A stretch of 64,000 bases of DNA. Source: Acidobacteriota bacterium (GTDB taxonomy: Bacteria > Acidobacteriota > Terriglobia > Terriglobales > Acidobacteriaceae). This document shows, piece by piece, positions 9,677 through 24,500 of this stretch. Every line of letters begins with the position of its first letter. Positions within the stretch are counted from its first letter, which is position 1. Under the pieces are notes generated by a model. The model worked only from the letters and a program-made list of their open reading frames with translations. It searched no databases and was not told where the DNA came from. The position numbers and the translations under genes were made by a program. The stretch covers positions 1,887 through 65,886 of the forward strand of contig QHZR01000017.1 of assembly GCA_003224755.1 (NCBI GenBank), given 5' to 3'.

Positions 9677-10108
9677 ATGGGTACCCGCCGCAAATCTCGT
9701 GAACTGGCTTTACAGATGCTGTTTCAGGCCGATCTTGGCAAGCAGCCGATTGATGACGTACGCAAGACTTTCTGGAAAGGACGAGGTGAGGTTACGCCGG
9801 AGGTCAAGGGATTTACGGAAGACTTATTTCGAGTTGCGCAGGACCGCTCCCCGGAAATCGACAAGCTGATCGAAGAGCATGCCGAGAATTGGCGCATGGA
9901 CCGCATGGCCGCAGTTGACCGAAACATTCTTCGCGCCGCGGTTGCGGAACTGCTTGGTTTTCCGAAAACACCGCGGGCGGTTGTGATCAACGAAGCCATT
10001 GAAATAGCGCGCAAGTTTTCCGCGCCCGAGTCGGTGCAGTTCATCAATGGAGTGCTGGACAGTGTGGGCAAAGAGATTGAGGCTCAAGCGTCGGGCTCCA
10101 GGATCTAG
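9677..10108 (+). CDS. nusB: transcription antitermination factor NusB
   Basis: MGTRRKSRELALQMLFQADL... matches the NusB family. It lies downstream of ribH, the conserved ribH-nusB pairing. Confidence 0.85.
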   Translation: MGTRRKSRELALQMLFQADLGKQPIDDVRKTFWKGRGEVTPEVKGFTEDLFRVAQDRSPEIDKLIEEHAENWRMDRMAAVDRNILRAAVAELLGFPKTPRAVVINEAIEIARKFSAPESVQFINGVLDSVGKEIEAQASGSRI

Positions 10109-10317
10109 CTGTCGCGGGTGTTGCAATTCGGTCGTCCCTACGGGACTTGAATCATGTCTCGCTCCTTCCCAGCGCTGAAGCGCTGGTTGCTAAGATCGTT
10201 CGCCCCTATCGGGGCTGGCGAATTCCGACGTCCACGCGCCTTTCCTTGCGGCCAGAAGGCTATGGGTTGTGGACACGCGCCGAGCTTAGCTAGCTAAGCT
10301 AGGCGCGTGTCGTCGGA

Positions 10318-10356
10318 GAAAGCAGGTTCCTCATCCCTGAAGGGATTCGGAATGAC
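10318..10356 (+). repeat. copy 1 of AAAGCAGGTTCCTCA-hairpin-TTCGGAATGACA repeat
   Basis: aaagcaggttcctcatccctgaagggattcggaatgaca. The internal hairpin is tccc-tgaa-ggga. Confidence 0.6.
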
Positions 10357-10521
10357 AAGAGTGCTGCGGCGGATGCGATGTATGTCAGCGTGAGCCGAAG
10401 CCGACAGCCTAAATCCCAAAAGCTGAAGGCGAAGGTGAAAACCAAAAGTCGAGGGCCAAAGCCAAGCCCGAAAGGTGAAAGCCCAAAGTCTGAAGCCCAA
10501 AGCCCAAAGCCTGAAGCTTCC

Positions 10522-13047
10522 TTACGGCTTCACTGCCACCAGGTCTGGATTGCAGGTGATGGAAACGGTACCGCTGCCGTTCTGCGCAGATGTGGTAGTG
10601 ACGCCGGAATTGTTAGTCACTGCAAACGTTGCGGGTCCCAACGACAGAATCGTATAGGTACCGTCGTTTCCCCCGTCCTTCATTCCTGCGATCACGATCG
10701 TTTCTCCGACTGCGAGCGGCGGCCCCGAATTCACGACGTAACTGTAGGTTGTGTTGGATCCATTCTGCGAAACGGCGGAAATGGCAACCACGGTCTTTGG
10801 AACTGCGGTCGGGGGATTGCCCGGCCCAAAGCACAGAGGAGTCTGCGCGGGAAATGTGACCTGCTGCAAATCGGAACCTGATGACGTATCAATAATGTGA
10901 ACCGCACCGTCATCAGCGCCGACGAACAGCAGATTACTAGCCGGACTCAATGATGCACTCAACGGAATCGCATTTCCTGTCAACGAAATCGCCGAAGTCG
11001 TATGATTGCCAATATTGAATACCATGATGAACGGCAGGCGCGCAGAGCCCGACGGCTGAGTTTCGCCCAAAATGTAAGCGGTGGCGCCATCCCCTGAGAT
11101 GATGAACTGAGTGGGGATGAATGTGCCTTGGCCCAGATTGACGGTGTTGGCCGAATCTGTAATCGTCCCGGAACACCCGGCGGCCGAGAGTGCCGTGATG
11201 CTGACCAGGTCAATGTTGGGCGGCTCAAGTGCAAGAAGAGTTGTGGCATCTGGCAGGGCGCGAATCATGTTCGGAATCGCCGCAGTGCTCAACGTGGCGG
11301 ACGGGTCCGGGGCATTGTCACAGGTCCTGCGAACGGTAATGGAGGATGGGGCACCACCCGCCAGGTAACTGAACCCGCCTTCCTCCGCAAACACAACGTC
11401 ATTTGCCGCCGCGTTCAAGGATATCTTCTGCAGCGCGTCCACTTTGGAATAAATGTAGAGTGTGCTTACCTGCGGAGCCGGAGGTGGCGGCGTCGCCACA
11501 ATGTAGGCCTTCAGGTTATCTGGCGAAAACGCAGCGGCTGTTGCTCCCGTGATGAGAAGTGATGTGATCGTGCGCGACGCTGCGCTGCAGCTGTTGCAGA
11601 TGAAAACCTGGTTCGGTGTGTCAAACGTATCGGAGAAGATGACCGTAGAAGTATCGGGTGAAACTGCCAAGACTTTCCCGAAGGCGCTGTTGAACTGGGA
11701 AGCGGCAGAACCGCTGAAGACCATCGCGCCATTCTGTCCAAAGTGCGAGGAATCTACTCCCAGGTACGCGTTGGTTCCTCTCTCATCAAAAATTATGGAG
11801 TTGGGCGAGGCTGGCAAGCCCACTGGCGTACCCGCGACGAACGTGGACGTGTTTGAAGACTTCGTAAGCGGAACGATCGTCGCATTGCATGTCGCTTTAG
11901 TCGGATTTGCCGTAACGCATGCAGTCGTGGTCACGTATGCGGTTGGGCTGGTAGGTGCCGTGCTGCTGCTCACGTCAAAGCTGATTGGCGATGTTGGATA
12001 TATCGGCAGCGATGGCTTGAAGCCGGTGTTGCAAGTTGGCGGAGTGCAGGAGGCGATAACTGATGCCGCGCCAACGGCGGAGGCTGACACGGTTCCTACG
12101 CTGCCATAAACTGTGCTGGCATTGTTTGGCGAGACCGTTGCTGAGATTGGGTTCGAAGTGTTCCAGCTTAGCGGCACCCCGGTGAGCGTCATTCCTACAC
12201 TGTCCATCACTGTAGCGTTCAGCGTGGTGGTCGTGCCGGTATTCATCAGAAGGGAAGTGCTGGGATTGTTGGCGGCAGTAACCGAAATCGACTGGACTGG
12301 GCAGGTTTGAACCGGCACAGTTTGACTGGTGAGCCCGCTTGCAGAAGCGAAAATCATGCCCTGACCAGGTATGCTGGCGCTGACGATTGCCTGGTTCAAC
12401 GCGGTGGTTGTCGGCGGAGTTGAGGTCAAGTTCACAATGCTCGAGCCGCCGGTAGGATTTACCTGTTGCCAGATGAACGGCCCGACGCTCGGTGTGATGT
12501 CTGTGGAGCCACTCATCGCAGTCGCCTGATAGAGCCCGCTCTCCGGTCCGAGCGGTGCACCCTTCGAGAGACAGGTATTTGAGAGCGTTGGTGCCTGCCC
12601 TGGCACCTTGCTTACCGCTATGTTGGTAATACGCGCGTGAACATAAACCGTAATCGGAGGACTGCTGACGCCTTGGGCAGTGGCCGCCAGCTGTGCTGTC
12701 CCTACCGTTCCGGGGACGCAGACTTGCGGATTGGTGAGCGAATCCCAGGTGCCGGCGCACGCCACTCCATTACCCGCAATCGTGACCACAGTAGGGTTGC
12801 TGGACAAGAAGGAAAAAGTCTCGTTGATAGTGTTATTTCGCGCGCCCTTGGCTGTAGCAGTAAAAGACAGCGTTTTTCCCACCTCAAGCGATACGTTCAA
12901 GCCGACCATGGAGGAATTCGTCAGCGAAACGCTGGTAGGCACCGGGTTCGTAATGATATTGGTCGCCGTGGTATGACCGCAGGACGCCAAGAAACAACAA
13001 CTCAAGAATATGGAGGCTAACGCCGCGAGGGAAACGAACCTACCCAT
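10522..13047 (-). CDS. large Ig-like/beta-propeller surface protein, probable lipoprotein
   Basis: ORF 10522..13092. Internal start MGRFVSLAALASIFLSCCFLASCG is a lipobox-like signal. The protein is Ser/Thr/Asn-rich with repeated Big_2-like segments. Confidence 0.55.
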   Translation of the reverse strand: MGRFVSLAALASIFLSCCFLASCGHTTATNIITNPVPTSVSLTNSSMVGLNVSLEVGKTLSFTATAKGARNNTINETFSFLSSNPTVVTIAGNGVACAGTWDSLTNPQVCVPGTVGTAQLAATAQGVSSPPITVYVHARITNIAVSKVPGQAPTLSNTCLSKGAPLGPESGLYQATAMSGSTDITPSVGPFIWQQVNPTGGSSIVNLTSTPPTTTALNQAIVSASIPGQGMIFASASGLTSQTVPVQTCPVQSISVTAANNPSTSLLMNTGTTTTLNATVMDSVGMTLTGVPLSWNTSNPISATVSPNNASTVYGSVGTVSASAVGAASVIASCTPPTCNTGFKPSLPIYPTSPISFDVSSSTAPTSPTAYVTTTACVTANPTKATCNATIVPLTKSSNTSTFVAGTPVGLPASPNSIIFDERGTNAYLGVDSSHFGQNGAMVFSGSAASQFNSAFGKVLAVSPDTSTVIFSDTFDTPNQVFICNSCSAASRTITSLLITGATAAAFSPDNLKAYIVATPPPPAPQVSTLYIYSKVDALQKISLNAAANDVVFAEEGGFSYLAGGAPSSITVRRTCDNAPDPSATLSTAAIPNMIRALPDATTLLALEPPNIDLVSITALSAAGCSGTITDSANTVNLGQGTFIPTQFIISGDGATAYILGETQPSGSARLPFIMVFNIGNHTTSAISLTGNAIPLSASLSPASNLLFVGADDGAVHIIDTSSGSDLQQVTFPAQTPLCFGPGNPPTAVPKTVVAISAVSQNGSNTTYSYVVNSGPPLAVGETIVIAGMKDGGNDGTYTILSLGPATFAVTNNSGVTTTSAQNGSGTVSITCNPDLVAVKP

Positions 13048-13180
13048 GAACACTTCCAATTTAGAATGAGACGCGCTGGTTCTGGAAAACAATCAGTGTA
13101 GAGGCTGTGCATTATTTGAGCAACTTCGGACGCCCCGCCTCCGAAAAGTTACTGAAACGTGAGATGCGTTCGAAACACGG

Positions 13181-13209
13181 TTGACGCATGGTTTTGTGGT
13201 TGTTATATT
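13181..13209 (+). promoter_or_regulatory. near-consensus sigma70-type promoter (TTGACG-17 nt-TATATT) ~400 nt upstream of rpsL
   Basis: ttgacgcatggttttgtggttgttatatt. Confidence 0.4.
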
Positions 13210-13605
13210 TATTAGGTTCCGCGAGTTGATCCTGACTTGCCTGCAATGCCTGTGTTTACGCTTGCCAAGCGCGCGGCGGGCACTGGAATCGGCAGTTGAG
13301 TTTTTGTACCATGTCTTCAGAAGTGAAGACCCCTCGCTGAAACGTTCCGCGAACGCCTCCCGGCAAGGGAGAATATGCGGAGCGATGCTGGCGAAACGGA
13401 GCGCCTCCCGAACAGGGCTTGGAGCCACCGTCGTCAGACCTGTCATAGGGACAAAGCGAATCTCCGGCGATGGTGTGGCCGGAAGTATGGATGCCGAAGG
13501 CATCCAGCCCTGAATCCTGGTTGAATCCGGTAAAGTTGGATCCGGGAAATTGGATTAGGTTTCCGATCTGCATGAGTTGTGCGGACGGGAATAGGAGCGC
13601 CAAGA

Positions 13606-13983
13606 GTGCCTACTTTTAATCAGTTGGTCCGCGCGGGAAGGAAGCATCCGCGATATAAGACGGCGAGTCCGGCGTTGCAATCGTGTCCGCAGAAGCGCGG
13701 TGTGTGCACTCGCGTGTACACACAAACGCCGAAGAAGCCGAACTCGGCATTGCGCAAAGTTGCCCGCGTGCGCTTGACCAACGGAATTGAAGTCACAACC
13801 TATATTCCTGGCGTTGGCCATAATCTGCAGGAGCACTCGATTGTGCTGATCCGCGGCGGCCGTGTGAAAGATCTGCCCGGAGTTCGCTATCACGTGATTC
13901 GCGGAACGCTCGACGCGGTGGGCGTCGCGAACCGCATGCAGGGACGCTCAAAGTATGGAGCAAAGCGTCCGAAGAAAGCATAA
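13606..13983 (+). CDS. rpsL: 30S ribosomal protein S12
   Basis: [18 protein letters not shown]...[11 protein letters not shown]... A GTG start at 13606 is preceded by GGAG. Confidence 0.9.
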   Translation: MPTFNQLVRAGRKHPRYKTASPALQSCPQKRGVCTRVYTQTPKKPNSALRKVARVRLTNGIEVTTYIPGVGHNLQEHSIVLIRGGRVKDLPGVRYHVIRGTLDAVGVANRMQGRSKYGAKRPKKA

Positions 13984-14006
13984 GAAGCGAGTTTCAGAAA
14001 CCCTGA

Positions 14007-14498
<492 letters not shown>

Positions 14499-14570
14499 AA
14501 GAGCAGCTCTTAGCTAGAGCTAAGGGTTCAGGCCGAGAGCTAAAGGCTAATAGCTAAACGCTGGTTTTTG

Positions 14571-16718
<2,148 letters not shown>

Positions 16719-16727
16719 TTAAGATCG

Positions 16728-16795
16728 CGGGCGAGGGCGCCCGCGCCACACGAGGAAAAGCAGGTTCCTCACCGCTGAAGCGGTTCGGAATGACA
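16728..16795 (+). repeat. composite repeat: GCGGGCGAGGGCGCCCGC hairpin plus copy 2 of AAAGCAGGTTCCTCA-hairpin element
   Basis: gcgggcgagggcgcccgcgccacacgaggaaaagcaggttcctcaccgctgaagcggttcggaatgaca. Confidence 0.6.
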
Positions 16796-16877
16796 GCGGT
16801 TTTGGTTTCAAGCTAAGAGCTAAAGGCTAACAGCTAAAAGCTGGGCAGCTGCAAGCTGATGGAAGAGGAAATAAAGC

Positions 16878-18065
<1,188 letters not shown>

Positions 18066-18120
18066 GGCAGTGGTTGGCTGTTGGTCGTTGGTCTTGGGCC
18101 CGTTGGCAAGAACAAAGACA

Positions 18121-18159
18121 AAAGCAGGTTCCTCACGACTAAAGCCGTTCGGAATGACA
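18121..18159 (+). repeat. copy 3 of AAAGCAGGTTCCTCA...TTCGGAATGACA repeat
   Basis: aaagcaggttcctcacgactaaagccgttcggaatgaca. Confidence 0.55.
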
Positions 18160-18248
18160 AATGGTTAGGGTTGGGTGGCTTGCAGGGTCACTGAACACCT
18201 CAAGTTCTTTCCTTCCGGAGAAGCCGGAAGGGGTCAGGAAAACGAAAC

Positions 18249-18578
18249 GTGATAGGAAACGAAAAAATTCGCATCCGGCTGAAGGCATACGATTACCGCG
18301 TGCTGGATCAGTCGACAACGGAAATCGTGGCTACGGCGAAGCGTACCGGCGCTCAAATCGCTGGTCCGATTCCATTGCCCACGATGAAGAACAAATACAC
18401 GGTATTGCGGTCGCCGCACGTGGACAAGAAATCGCGCGAGCAGTTCGAGATCCGCACGCACAAGCGTTTGCTGGACATTCTCGATCCGACGCCGCAGACC
18501 GTGGACGCGCTGATGAAGCTCGATCTTCCGGCTGGAGTGGATGTGGAGATCAAAGCATTCGGGAAAGAGCATAAATAG
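18249..18578 (+). CDS. rpsJ: 30S ribosomal protein S10
   Basis: [17 protein letters not shown]...; S10 family. Confidence 0.9.
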   Translation: MIGNEKIRIRLKAYDYRVLDQSTTEIVATAKRTGAQIAGPIPLPTMKNKYTVLRSPHVDKKSREQFEIRTHKRLLDILDPTPQTVDALMKLDLPAGVDVEIKAFGKEHK

Positions 18579-18671
18579 ACCATGTGGGGACAGCCGCACC
18601 TCGGCTGTCCGGCGGAGCAAGTTTCGCCACTTTCGCGGGCGAAGCGCCCGCGCCACACAGGACGTGAGGAA

Positions 18672-19391
18672 ATGGCAAAAGTAGCAGGAATTCTGGGCAA
18701 AAAAGTCGGCATGACGCAACTCTTCGATTCGAAGGGCGATGTACGCCCGGCGACCGTGCTGCAGGCTGGCCCCTGTGTGGTCACGCAGCACAAATCGCAG
18801 ACCAAAGATGGATACGATTCCGCTCAGATCGGTTTGGTTGAATTCGTAAAAGAGTCACGGCTGACGCAACCTATGCGCGGGCACCTGGCGAAGAACAATG
18901 TTCCGCCGGTGAAATTCATCCGCGAAGTCCCAATCGAAGCCGATGGCGACGCAGCGGTGAAAGCGGGAGATCGCGTGCTGGTAGAGATTTTTGAGGGCGA
19001 GCGATTTGTAGATATCGTCGGTGTGAGTAAGGGCAAAGGCTTTCAGGGCGTAGTCAAGCGCCATCATTTTGGCGGCGGCCCAAAGTCGCACGGTTCGATG
19101 TTCCAGATCACGGGTTCGATCGGTTCATCGGCGTTCCCATCGCGCGTGTTCAAAGGCATGCGGATGTCCGGACACATGGGCAACGAGCGCGTGACCGTGC
19201 GCAATCTGCGGATTTTAGGCGTGCAGAGAGATGACAACCTGCTGGTGGTAGAGGGCAGCGTGCCAGGGCCGAATGGCGGATATCTGGTCATCATGAAGGC
19301 GAAGAAGGTACCCAGAGAGCGTCGCGGATTTGCCGGCGCAGCTACGGTTGATCCGTTGAAGGCGGCGAAGAGGGCAGCCAAAAAGGGATAG
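18672..19391 (+). CDS. rplC: 50S ribosomal protein L3
   Basis: Internal ATG; [19 protein letters not shown]...; L3 family. Confidence 0.9.
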   Translation: MAKVAGILGKKVGMTQLFDSKGDVRPATVLQAGPCVVTQHKSQTKDGYDSAQIGLVEFVKESRLTQPMRGHLAKNNVPPVKFIREVPIEADGDAAVKAGDRVLVEIFEGERFVDIVGVSKGKGFQGVVKRHHFGGGPKSHGSMFQITGSIGSSAFPSRVFKGMRMSGHMGNERVTVRNLRILGVQRDDNLLVVEGSVPGPNGGYLVIMKAKKVPRERRGFAGAATVDPLKAAKRAAKKG

Positions 19392-19431
19392 CGGAACGCG
19401 GGCGAGGGCGCCCGCGCCACACGAGATAAAC

Positions 19432-20131
19432 ATGGCGACTATCGACATTCACGATTTAAGCGGCAAAAAAGTTGGCACGCTGGATCTCGCTGAGGAGGTC
19501 TTTGGCGCAATCAACGAGGACCTGCTTTGGGAAGCGGTGAAGCATTACCGCGCCGGACAGCGTGCGGGAACTCACGCAGAAGCTATGGAAGCAGAAGGGC
19601 ACCGGTCGCGCCCGGGTTGGTTCCATCCGTTCGCCTCTGTGGCGCCACGGCGGCACAGTGCATGGTCCGCAACCGCGTTCATACGATTACAGTTTTCCGC
19701 GCAAGAAGCTGTTGGGTGCTCTTCGCTCAGCGCTGGCGGCTAAATTGAACGATGGCAAGCTGATCGTGGTGAACGCGTTCGATGTGAAAGAGCCGAAGAC
19801 GCAGCCGTTCCGCGAAGCGCTGGATGCGTTGAAGGTTGACAAGACAGCCTTGCTGGTTGAAGTGGCGAACCACGGCAATCGCAATTTGGACTTGAGCTCG
19901 CGCAATCTCGAGGGCGTGGAACTGGTTGCCAGCAACGAGGTGCATCCGTTTCACCTGTTGCGGTACGACCGCGCGATTTTCTCGCAGCCGGCAATTGAGA
20001 AGCTGCAGCTGTCTTTGAAGAACTCGGCGTCAAAGCGCACTCACGAGGCGTCTGAAGGCGAAGGCAGAGCTCCGAAAAAGACGACGCGGGCGCCGCGGAC
20101 CCGAAGCAAGAAAGCGGCGGAGGTGGCGTAG
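19432..20131 (+). CDS. rplD: 50S ribosomal protein L4 with apparent frameshift near 19575-19590 (no intact single frame found)
   Basis: Frame 1 encodes the L4 N-terminus up to RAGTHA. Frame 2, from ~19580, encodes KLWKQKGTGRARVGSIRSPLWRHGG and the rest of L4. No single frame spans the extended-loop region. Confidence 0.7.
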
Positions 20132-20425
20132 TTGAAAACGGCATACCAGATCATTCGCAAGCCCGTGATTACCGAGAAGGGGCTCGGCATCAAGGAAAAC
20201 CAGAACACGTTGGTTTTCCAGGTTGCGCCAAAGGCGACGAAAACAGAGATTAAAGAAGCGGTGCAGGCAATCTTCAAAGTGAAAGTGAATTCGGTACGTA
20301 CAGCGAATTATCCAGGCAAAGAGCGGCGGCGCGGTAAGTTTGCCGGTTATCGTGCGGATTGGAAGAAGGCATACGTGCGATTGAAAGCCGGCGAAAAGAT
20401 GCCGGAGTACGCGCAGAATTTGTAG
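20132..20425 (+). CDS. rplW: 50S ribosomal protein L23
   Basis: TTG start directly after the rplD stop; KTAYQIIRKPVITEKG. Confidence 0.85.
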   Translation: MKTAYQIIRKPVITEKGLGIKENQNTLVFQVAPKATKTEIKEAVQAIFKVKVNSVRTANYPGKERRRGKFAGYRADWKKAYVRLKAGEKMPEYAQNL

Positions 20426-20517
20426 GACGGCAGTTAGCACTCAGCATTCAGCATTCAGCCACTGCGGCTCAGTGCAGAAGCTAAGAGCTAACGGCTAAAA
20501 GCTAAGAGCTGATTTTT

Positions 20518-21339
20518 ATGGCAATCAAAACTTACAGACCGACAACGCAGACGTTGCGCTACCGGACCACGCTTTCGAGTGCGGACCTGACCACCGACCG
20601 GCCACACAAGCCGCTGACCGAGCCGAAATACCGGCAGGGCGGGCGCCGCAACTCCGGCGACACCACGATGCGGTTTCGCGGGGGTGGGCACAAACGCAAG
20701 CTGCGCATTGTGGATTTTAAGCGCGACAAGACCGGTATCCCGGCAACGGTGATCTCGATTGAGTACGATCCGAACCGCTCTGCGCGAATTGCACTCCTGG
20801 CGTACGCCGATGGGGAGAAGCGTTACATCCTGCAGCCGGACGGGTTGAAGGCGGGCGCGAAAATTGTCAGTGGGCCGGATGCAGACATTTTGGTCGGTAA
20901 CGCGCTGCCGCTGAAGAATATTCCGCCGGGCACTACGATCCACAATCTGGAGCTTCGCCCTGGAAAAGGCGCGCAGATGGTGCGTTCGGCGGGTGGAGCG
21001 GCGCAACTAGTCGCAAAAGAAGGCGAGTATGCGCTGGTGAAATTGCCTTCTGGCGAGACCCGTAAGATTTCGCAAGATTGCATGGCGACGATCGGACAGG
21101 TCGGCAACATTGACCACGAGAACATCACGATCGGTAAAGCCGGCCGGTCGCGCTGGCTGGGCAAGCGCCCGCACAATCGCGGCGTTTCCATGAACCCGGT
21201 GGACCATCCGCACGGTGGCGGCGAAGGCAAAACTTCAGGCGGCCGGCATCCGGTGACGCCGTGGGGCCAGCCGACACGGGGATACAAGACGCGTAACAAC
21301 AAGCGTACGGACAAATTCATTGTGAGCAGGGCGAAATAA
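20518..21339 (+). CDS. rplB: 50S ribosomal protein L2
   Basis: 273 aa L2 family protein. Confidence 0.95.
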   Translation: MAIKTYRPTTQTLRYRTTLSSADLTTDRPHKPLTEPKYRQGGRRNSGDTTMRFRGGGHKRKLRIVDFKRDKTGIPATVISIEYDPNRSARIALLAYADGEKRYILQPDGLKAGAKIVSGPDADILVGNALPLKNIPPGTTIHNLELRPGKGAQMVRSAGGAAQLVAKEGEYALVKLPSGETRKISQDCMATIGQVGNIDHENITIGKAGRSRWLGKRPHNRGVSMNPVDHPHGGGEGKTSGGRHPVTPWGQPTRGYKTRNNKRTDKFIVSRAK

Positions 21340-21341
21340 AT

Positions 21342-21698
21342 ATGGCACGTTCAACAAAAAAGGGCCCGTTTATTGACGGCTATCTGGCGTCACGCATCGA
21401 GGGTATGAACTCGCGCAACGAGAAGAAAGTTCTGCGCACCTGGTCGCGGCGCTCGACCATCATCCCCGAAATGGTGGGACATACGATCGCGGTGCACAAC
21501 GGGAAGAAATTTATTCCCGTGTACATCACCGAGAACATGGTCGGCCACAAGCTGGGTGAATTTAGCTTCACGCGCCAGTTCAAGGGCCACTCGATGAAGG
21601 CGGCCACCGAAACCACAGCGCGTCCGGCGGGCATACCCGGCGGACCGGGAGCAATTGCCCCTGCTGCGGGCTCAGCACCGGCGGCTCCAAAGGCATAA
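21342..21698 (+). CDS. rpsS: 30S ribosomal protein S19 with Ala/Pro-rich C-terminal tail
   Basis: S19 core plus tail [30 protein letters not shown]. Confidence 0.9.
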   Translation: MARSTKKGPFIDGYLASRIEGMNSRNEKKVLRTWSRRSTIIPEMVGHTIAVHNGKKFIPVYITENMVGHKLGEFSFTRQFKGHSMKAATETTARPAGIPGGPGAIAPAAGSAPAAPKA

Positions 21699-21701
21699 GA
21701 C

Positions 21702-22193
21702 ATGGAATTTCGAGCTCAAACCCGATTTGTTCGCGTCTCGCCACAGAAGGCGCGTTTGGTGCTGGACTTGATCAAAGGTCGGCGAGTGGAAGATGCGCTG
21801 AACACGCTGGCATTCACGAAGAAGAGAGTTGCCGCGAAAGTCGAGAAGCTGGTGCGCTCGGCGGTTGAGAATGCGAATTACCTGAGCACAGAAAAGAATG
21901 TTGATGTGGATCTCGACAATCTTTACGTGAAGCACGCGGTGGCGAATGACGGCCCGCGCATGAAACGGATCCGTCCGGCGCCGATGGGACGCGCTTTTCG
22001 CTATGTGCGGCGTATTGCCCACATCGAGATTGCTTTGGCCGAACGTGGCAAAAACAGCGCGGGAGATCTGGCGACGGTTGTCGGAGAAGAGCGCCCGGCG
22101 ACGAAAGCGGCCGCGAGTAAGTCCCGGAGCAAGCCGACGAAGAAAGCCGTGGCAAAGAAATTTTCCGGGAAGAAGACGGCGGGGAAAAGATAG
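21702..22193 (+). CDS. rplV: 50S ribosomal protein L22 with Lys-rich C-terminal tail
   Basis: L22 core plus Lys/Ala-rich extension. Confidence 0.9.
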   Translation: MEFRAQTRFVRVSPQKARLVLDLIKGRRVEDALNTLAFTKKRVAAKVEKLVRSAVENANYLSTEKNVDVDLDNLYVKHAVANDGPRMKRIRPAPMGRAFRYVRRIAHIEIALAERGKNSAGDLATVVGEERPATKAAASKSRSKPTKKAVAKKFSGKKTAGKR

Positions 22194-22196
22194 TGT

Positions 22197-22245
22197 TGTA
22201 GAGACGTAGCTCGCTACGTCTGAGGCGTTCGAAGCAACGCTTCTA
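22197..22245 (+). repeat. 50-nt double-hairpin element, copy 1 (abuts rpsC RBS)
   Basis: gtagagacgtagctcgctacgtctgaggcgttcgaagcaacgcttctac. Confidence 0.7.
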
Positions 22246-22255
22246 CAGGAGTTTT

Positions 22256-22918
22256 ATGGGACAGAAGGTACATCCATACGGATTTCGGCTGGGATATACC
22301 AAGCCGTGGAAGTCGCGCTGGTTTGTCGAACGCGATTACGACAAGCTGCTGCTTGAAGACGTCAAGCTCAAGGGCGAACTCAAGGAGAAGCTCAAGTCGG
22401 CAGGTGTGAGCTCGATTGAAGTCGAGCGGCCCGGCAACAAGCTGCGCGTGATCATCAAGACGGCGCGGCCGGGAATCATAATCGGTCGCAAGGGCGCTGA
22501 GATCGACAAGCTGAAAGGCGAGATGCAAAAGCGCACCAACCGCGAAGTGTACATAGACATTCAGGAAGTGCACAAGCCGGAGCTCGATGCGCAACTGGTT
22601 TCTGAATCCATCGCGCTGCAGCTTGAAAAGCGCGTGGGATTCCGCCGCGCCATGCGGAAGGCAGTGGATTCGGCTTTGCGCTTCGGATGCAAGGGAATCA
22701 AAGTTCGGGTGAGCGGACGCCTGAACGGAAACGAAATCGCGCGGTCGGAGTGGTACCTGCAAGGTCGCCTGCCGCTGCACACGCTGCGCGCCGACATCGA
22801 ATACGGTTTCAGCGAAGCGCGTACGACATACGGCGTGATCGGAGTGAAGTGCTGGATTTACCGCGGAGAGATTCTGCCGACGAAGAAGCGCGAGTCCCAG
22901 GCGGTGGGAGCGTTTTGA
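22256..22918 (+). CDS. rpsC: 30S ribosomal protein S3
   Basis: 220 aa S3 family protein with KH domain. Confidence 0.95.
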   Translation: MGQKVHPYGFRLGYTKPWKSRWFVERDYDKLLLEDVKLKGELKEKLKSAGVSSIEVERPGNKLRVIIKTARPGIIIGRKGAEIDKLKGEMQKRTNREVYIDIQEVHKPELDAQLVSESIALQLEKRVGFRRAMRKAVDSALRFGCKGIKVRVSGRLNGNEIARSEWYLQGRLPLHTLRADIEYGFSEARTTYGVIGVKCWIYRGEILPTKKRESQAVGAF

Positions 22919-22990
22919 AGATCGGGTGATCTGATGATCGGGTCATCGGGTGACCTGAAGATTGTAGGCTAAGAGGCAAGAGCTGATTTT

Positions 22991-23407
<417 letters not shown>

Positions 23408-23419
23408 GAACGGCTTTTT

Positions 23420-23469
23420 GTAGAGACGTAGCTCTGCTACATCTCAGATGTTGCAGGAAACGTCTCCAC
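23420..23469 (+). repeat. 50-nt double-hairpin element, copy 2 (abuts rpmC RBS)
   Basis: gtagagacgtagctctgctacatctcagatgttgcaggaaacgtctccac. Confidence 0.7.
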
Positions 23470-23477
23470 GAGGATTT

Positions 23478-23681
23478 ATGAAAGCAGAAAAGATCAGAAA
23501 TCTTACTGACGAAGAACTTCGGCACCAGGAACAAGAGATGAGCGATCAACTGTTCAAGCTGAAGTTTCAGATGAATATGGGTCAGACCGAAAGTTTGAAA
23601 AAGCTGCGCGGCCTGCGCAAAGACATTGCCCGCGTAAAGACTGTCGCCCACGAGCGCGCGGCGGCCGGGGAGAAGAAATAA
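23478..23681 (+). CDS. rpmC: 50S ribosomal protein L29
   Basis: Internal ATG; MKAEKIRNLTDEELRHQEQEMSDQLFKLKFQ. Confidence 0.85.
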   Translation: MKAEKIRNLTDEELRHQEQEMSDQLFKLKFQMNMGQTESLKKLRGLRKDIARVKTVAHERAAAGEKK

Positions 23682-23983
23682 TGGCGGAAACGCAAACTGC
23701 CGGAAGGCGCAAAGAAGTGATCGGCAACGTGGTTTCGAACCGCATGAATAAGACGATTGTGGTCCAGGTAATACGGCGCAAGTCACATCCTCTTTATTTG
23801 CGAGTGGTTTCGAAGGCCAAGAAGTTTTACGCACACGACGAGAAAAACGAAGCACACGTGGGCGACGTTGTTCGCCTGGAGGAAACGCGGCCACTTTCGA
23901 AATTGAAGCGCTGGCGGCTAAAGGAAATCGTGCGGAAAACTGCGCTGGTGCCGGAAGTGGCTGGAGCAGAGGAGCAGAAGTAG
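23681..23983 (+). CDS. rpsQ: 30S ribosomal protein S17
   Basis: 100 aa S17 family protein. Confidence 0.9.
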   Translation: MAETQTAGRRKEVIGNVVSNRMNKTIVVQVIRRKSHPLYLRVVSKAKKFYAHDEKNEAHVGDVVRLEETRPLSKLKRWRLKEIVRKTALVPEVAGAEEQK

Positions 23984-24081
23984 GCAGTATTGAGTCGTGA
24001 GCTTTCGAGCAGTGAGCAAACCCGGTCCGAGTAAGCTCAAGGTTCATTGCTTGCAGCTGATTGCTCGCACGGAGAAACTTT

Positions 24082-24453
24082 ATGACTGTCATGATGCGAA
24101 GCATGCTCGAGGTGGCCGATAACAGCGGTGCACGCAAGCTTCAGATGATATTGCCGCTGGGCGGAGCGACTGGCCTGCGCGCGGGCTTGGGCGATGTGGT
24201 CACTGCCAGCGTGAAGGAAGCTGCACCGGACGGCCAGACGAAGAAAGGCACAGTTGTGAAAGCCGTCATTGTCCGCACCCGCAAAGAGCATCGGCGAAGG
24301 GATGGCACTTATATCCGCTTCGACCAGAATGCCGCGGTGCTGATCAATGACGCAGGGGAGCCGGTTGGGACGCGTGTTTTTGGTCCGGTGGCCAGAGAGC
24401 TGCGTGAGAAGAAGTTTTTGAAGATTGTGAGTTTGGCGCCAGAAGTATTGTGA
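24082..24453 (+). CDS. rplN: 50S ribosomal protein L14
   Basis: ATG at 24082 after GGAG; [12 protein letters not shown]... Confidence 0.9.
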   Translation: MTVMMRSMLEVADNSGARKLQMILPLGGATGLRAGLGDVVTASVKEAAPDGQTKKGTVVKAVIVRTRKEHRRRDGTYIRFDQNAAVLINDAGEPVGTRVFGPVARELREKKFLKIVSLAPEVL

Positions 24454-24500
24454 GTATTGAGTAATTGGGAAATTTTGTAATCGGGTAATTTGAAACACGA

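Noticed and set aside
10378-10881. 167-aa Lys/Pro/Ser-rich ORF overlapping the 3' end of the large surface-protein gene
   Set aside because: Its translation is driven by an AAGCCCAAAGYCTGAAG tandem repeat, and it overlaps a better-supported minus-strand gene.
13210-13605. Possible RNase P RNA, tmRNA or SRP RNA in the rpsL leader
   Set aside because: None of the universally conserved boxes is present (RNase P GGAAAGTCCGGGCTCC / ACAGAAACCCGGCTTA, tmRNA 3' CCA-arm motifs, SRP GGAA tetraloop helix). Kept only as an unassigned leader.
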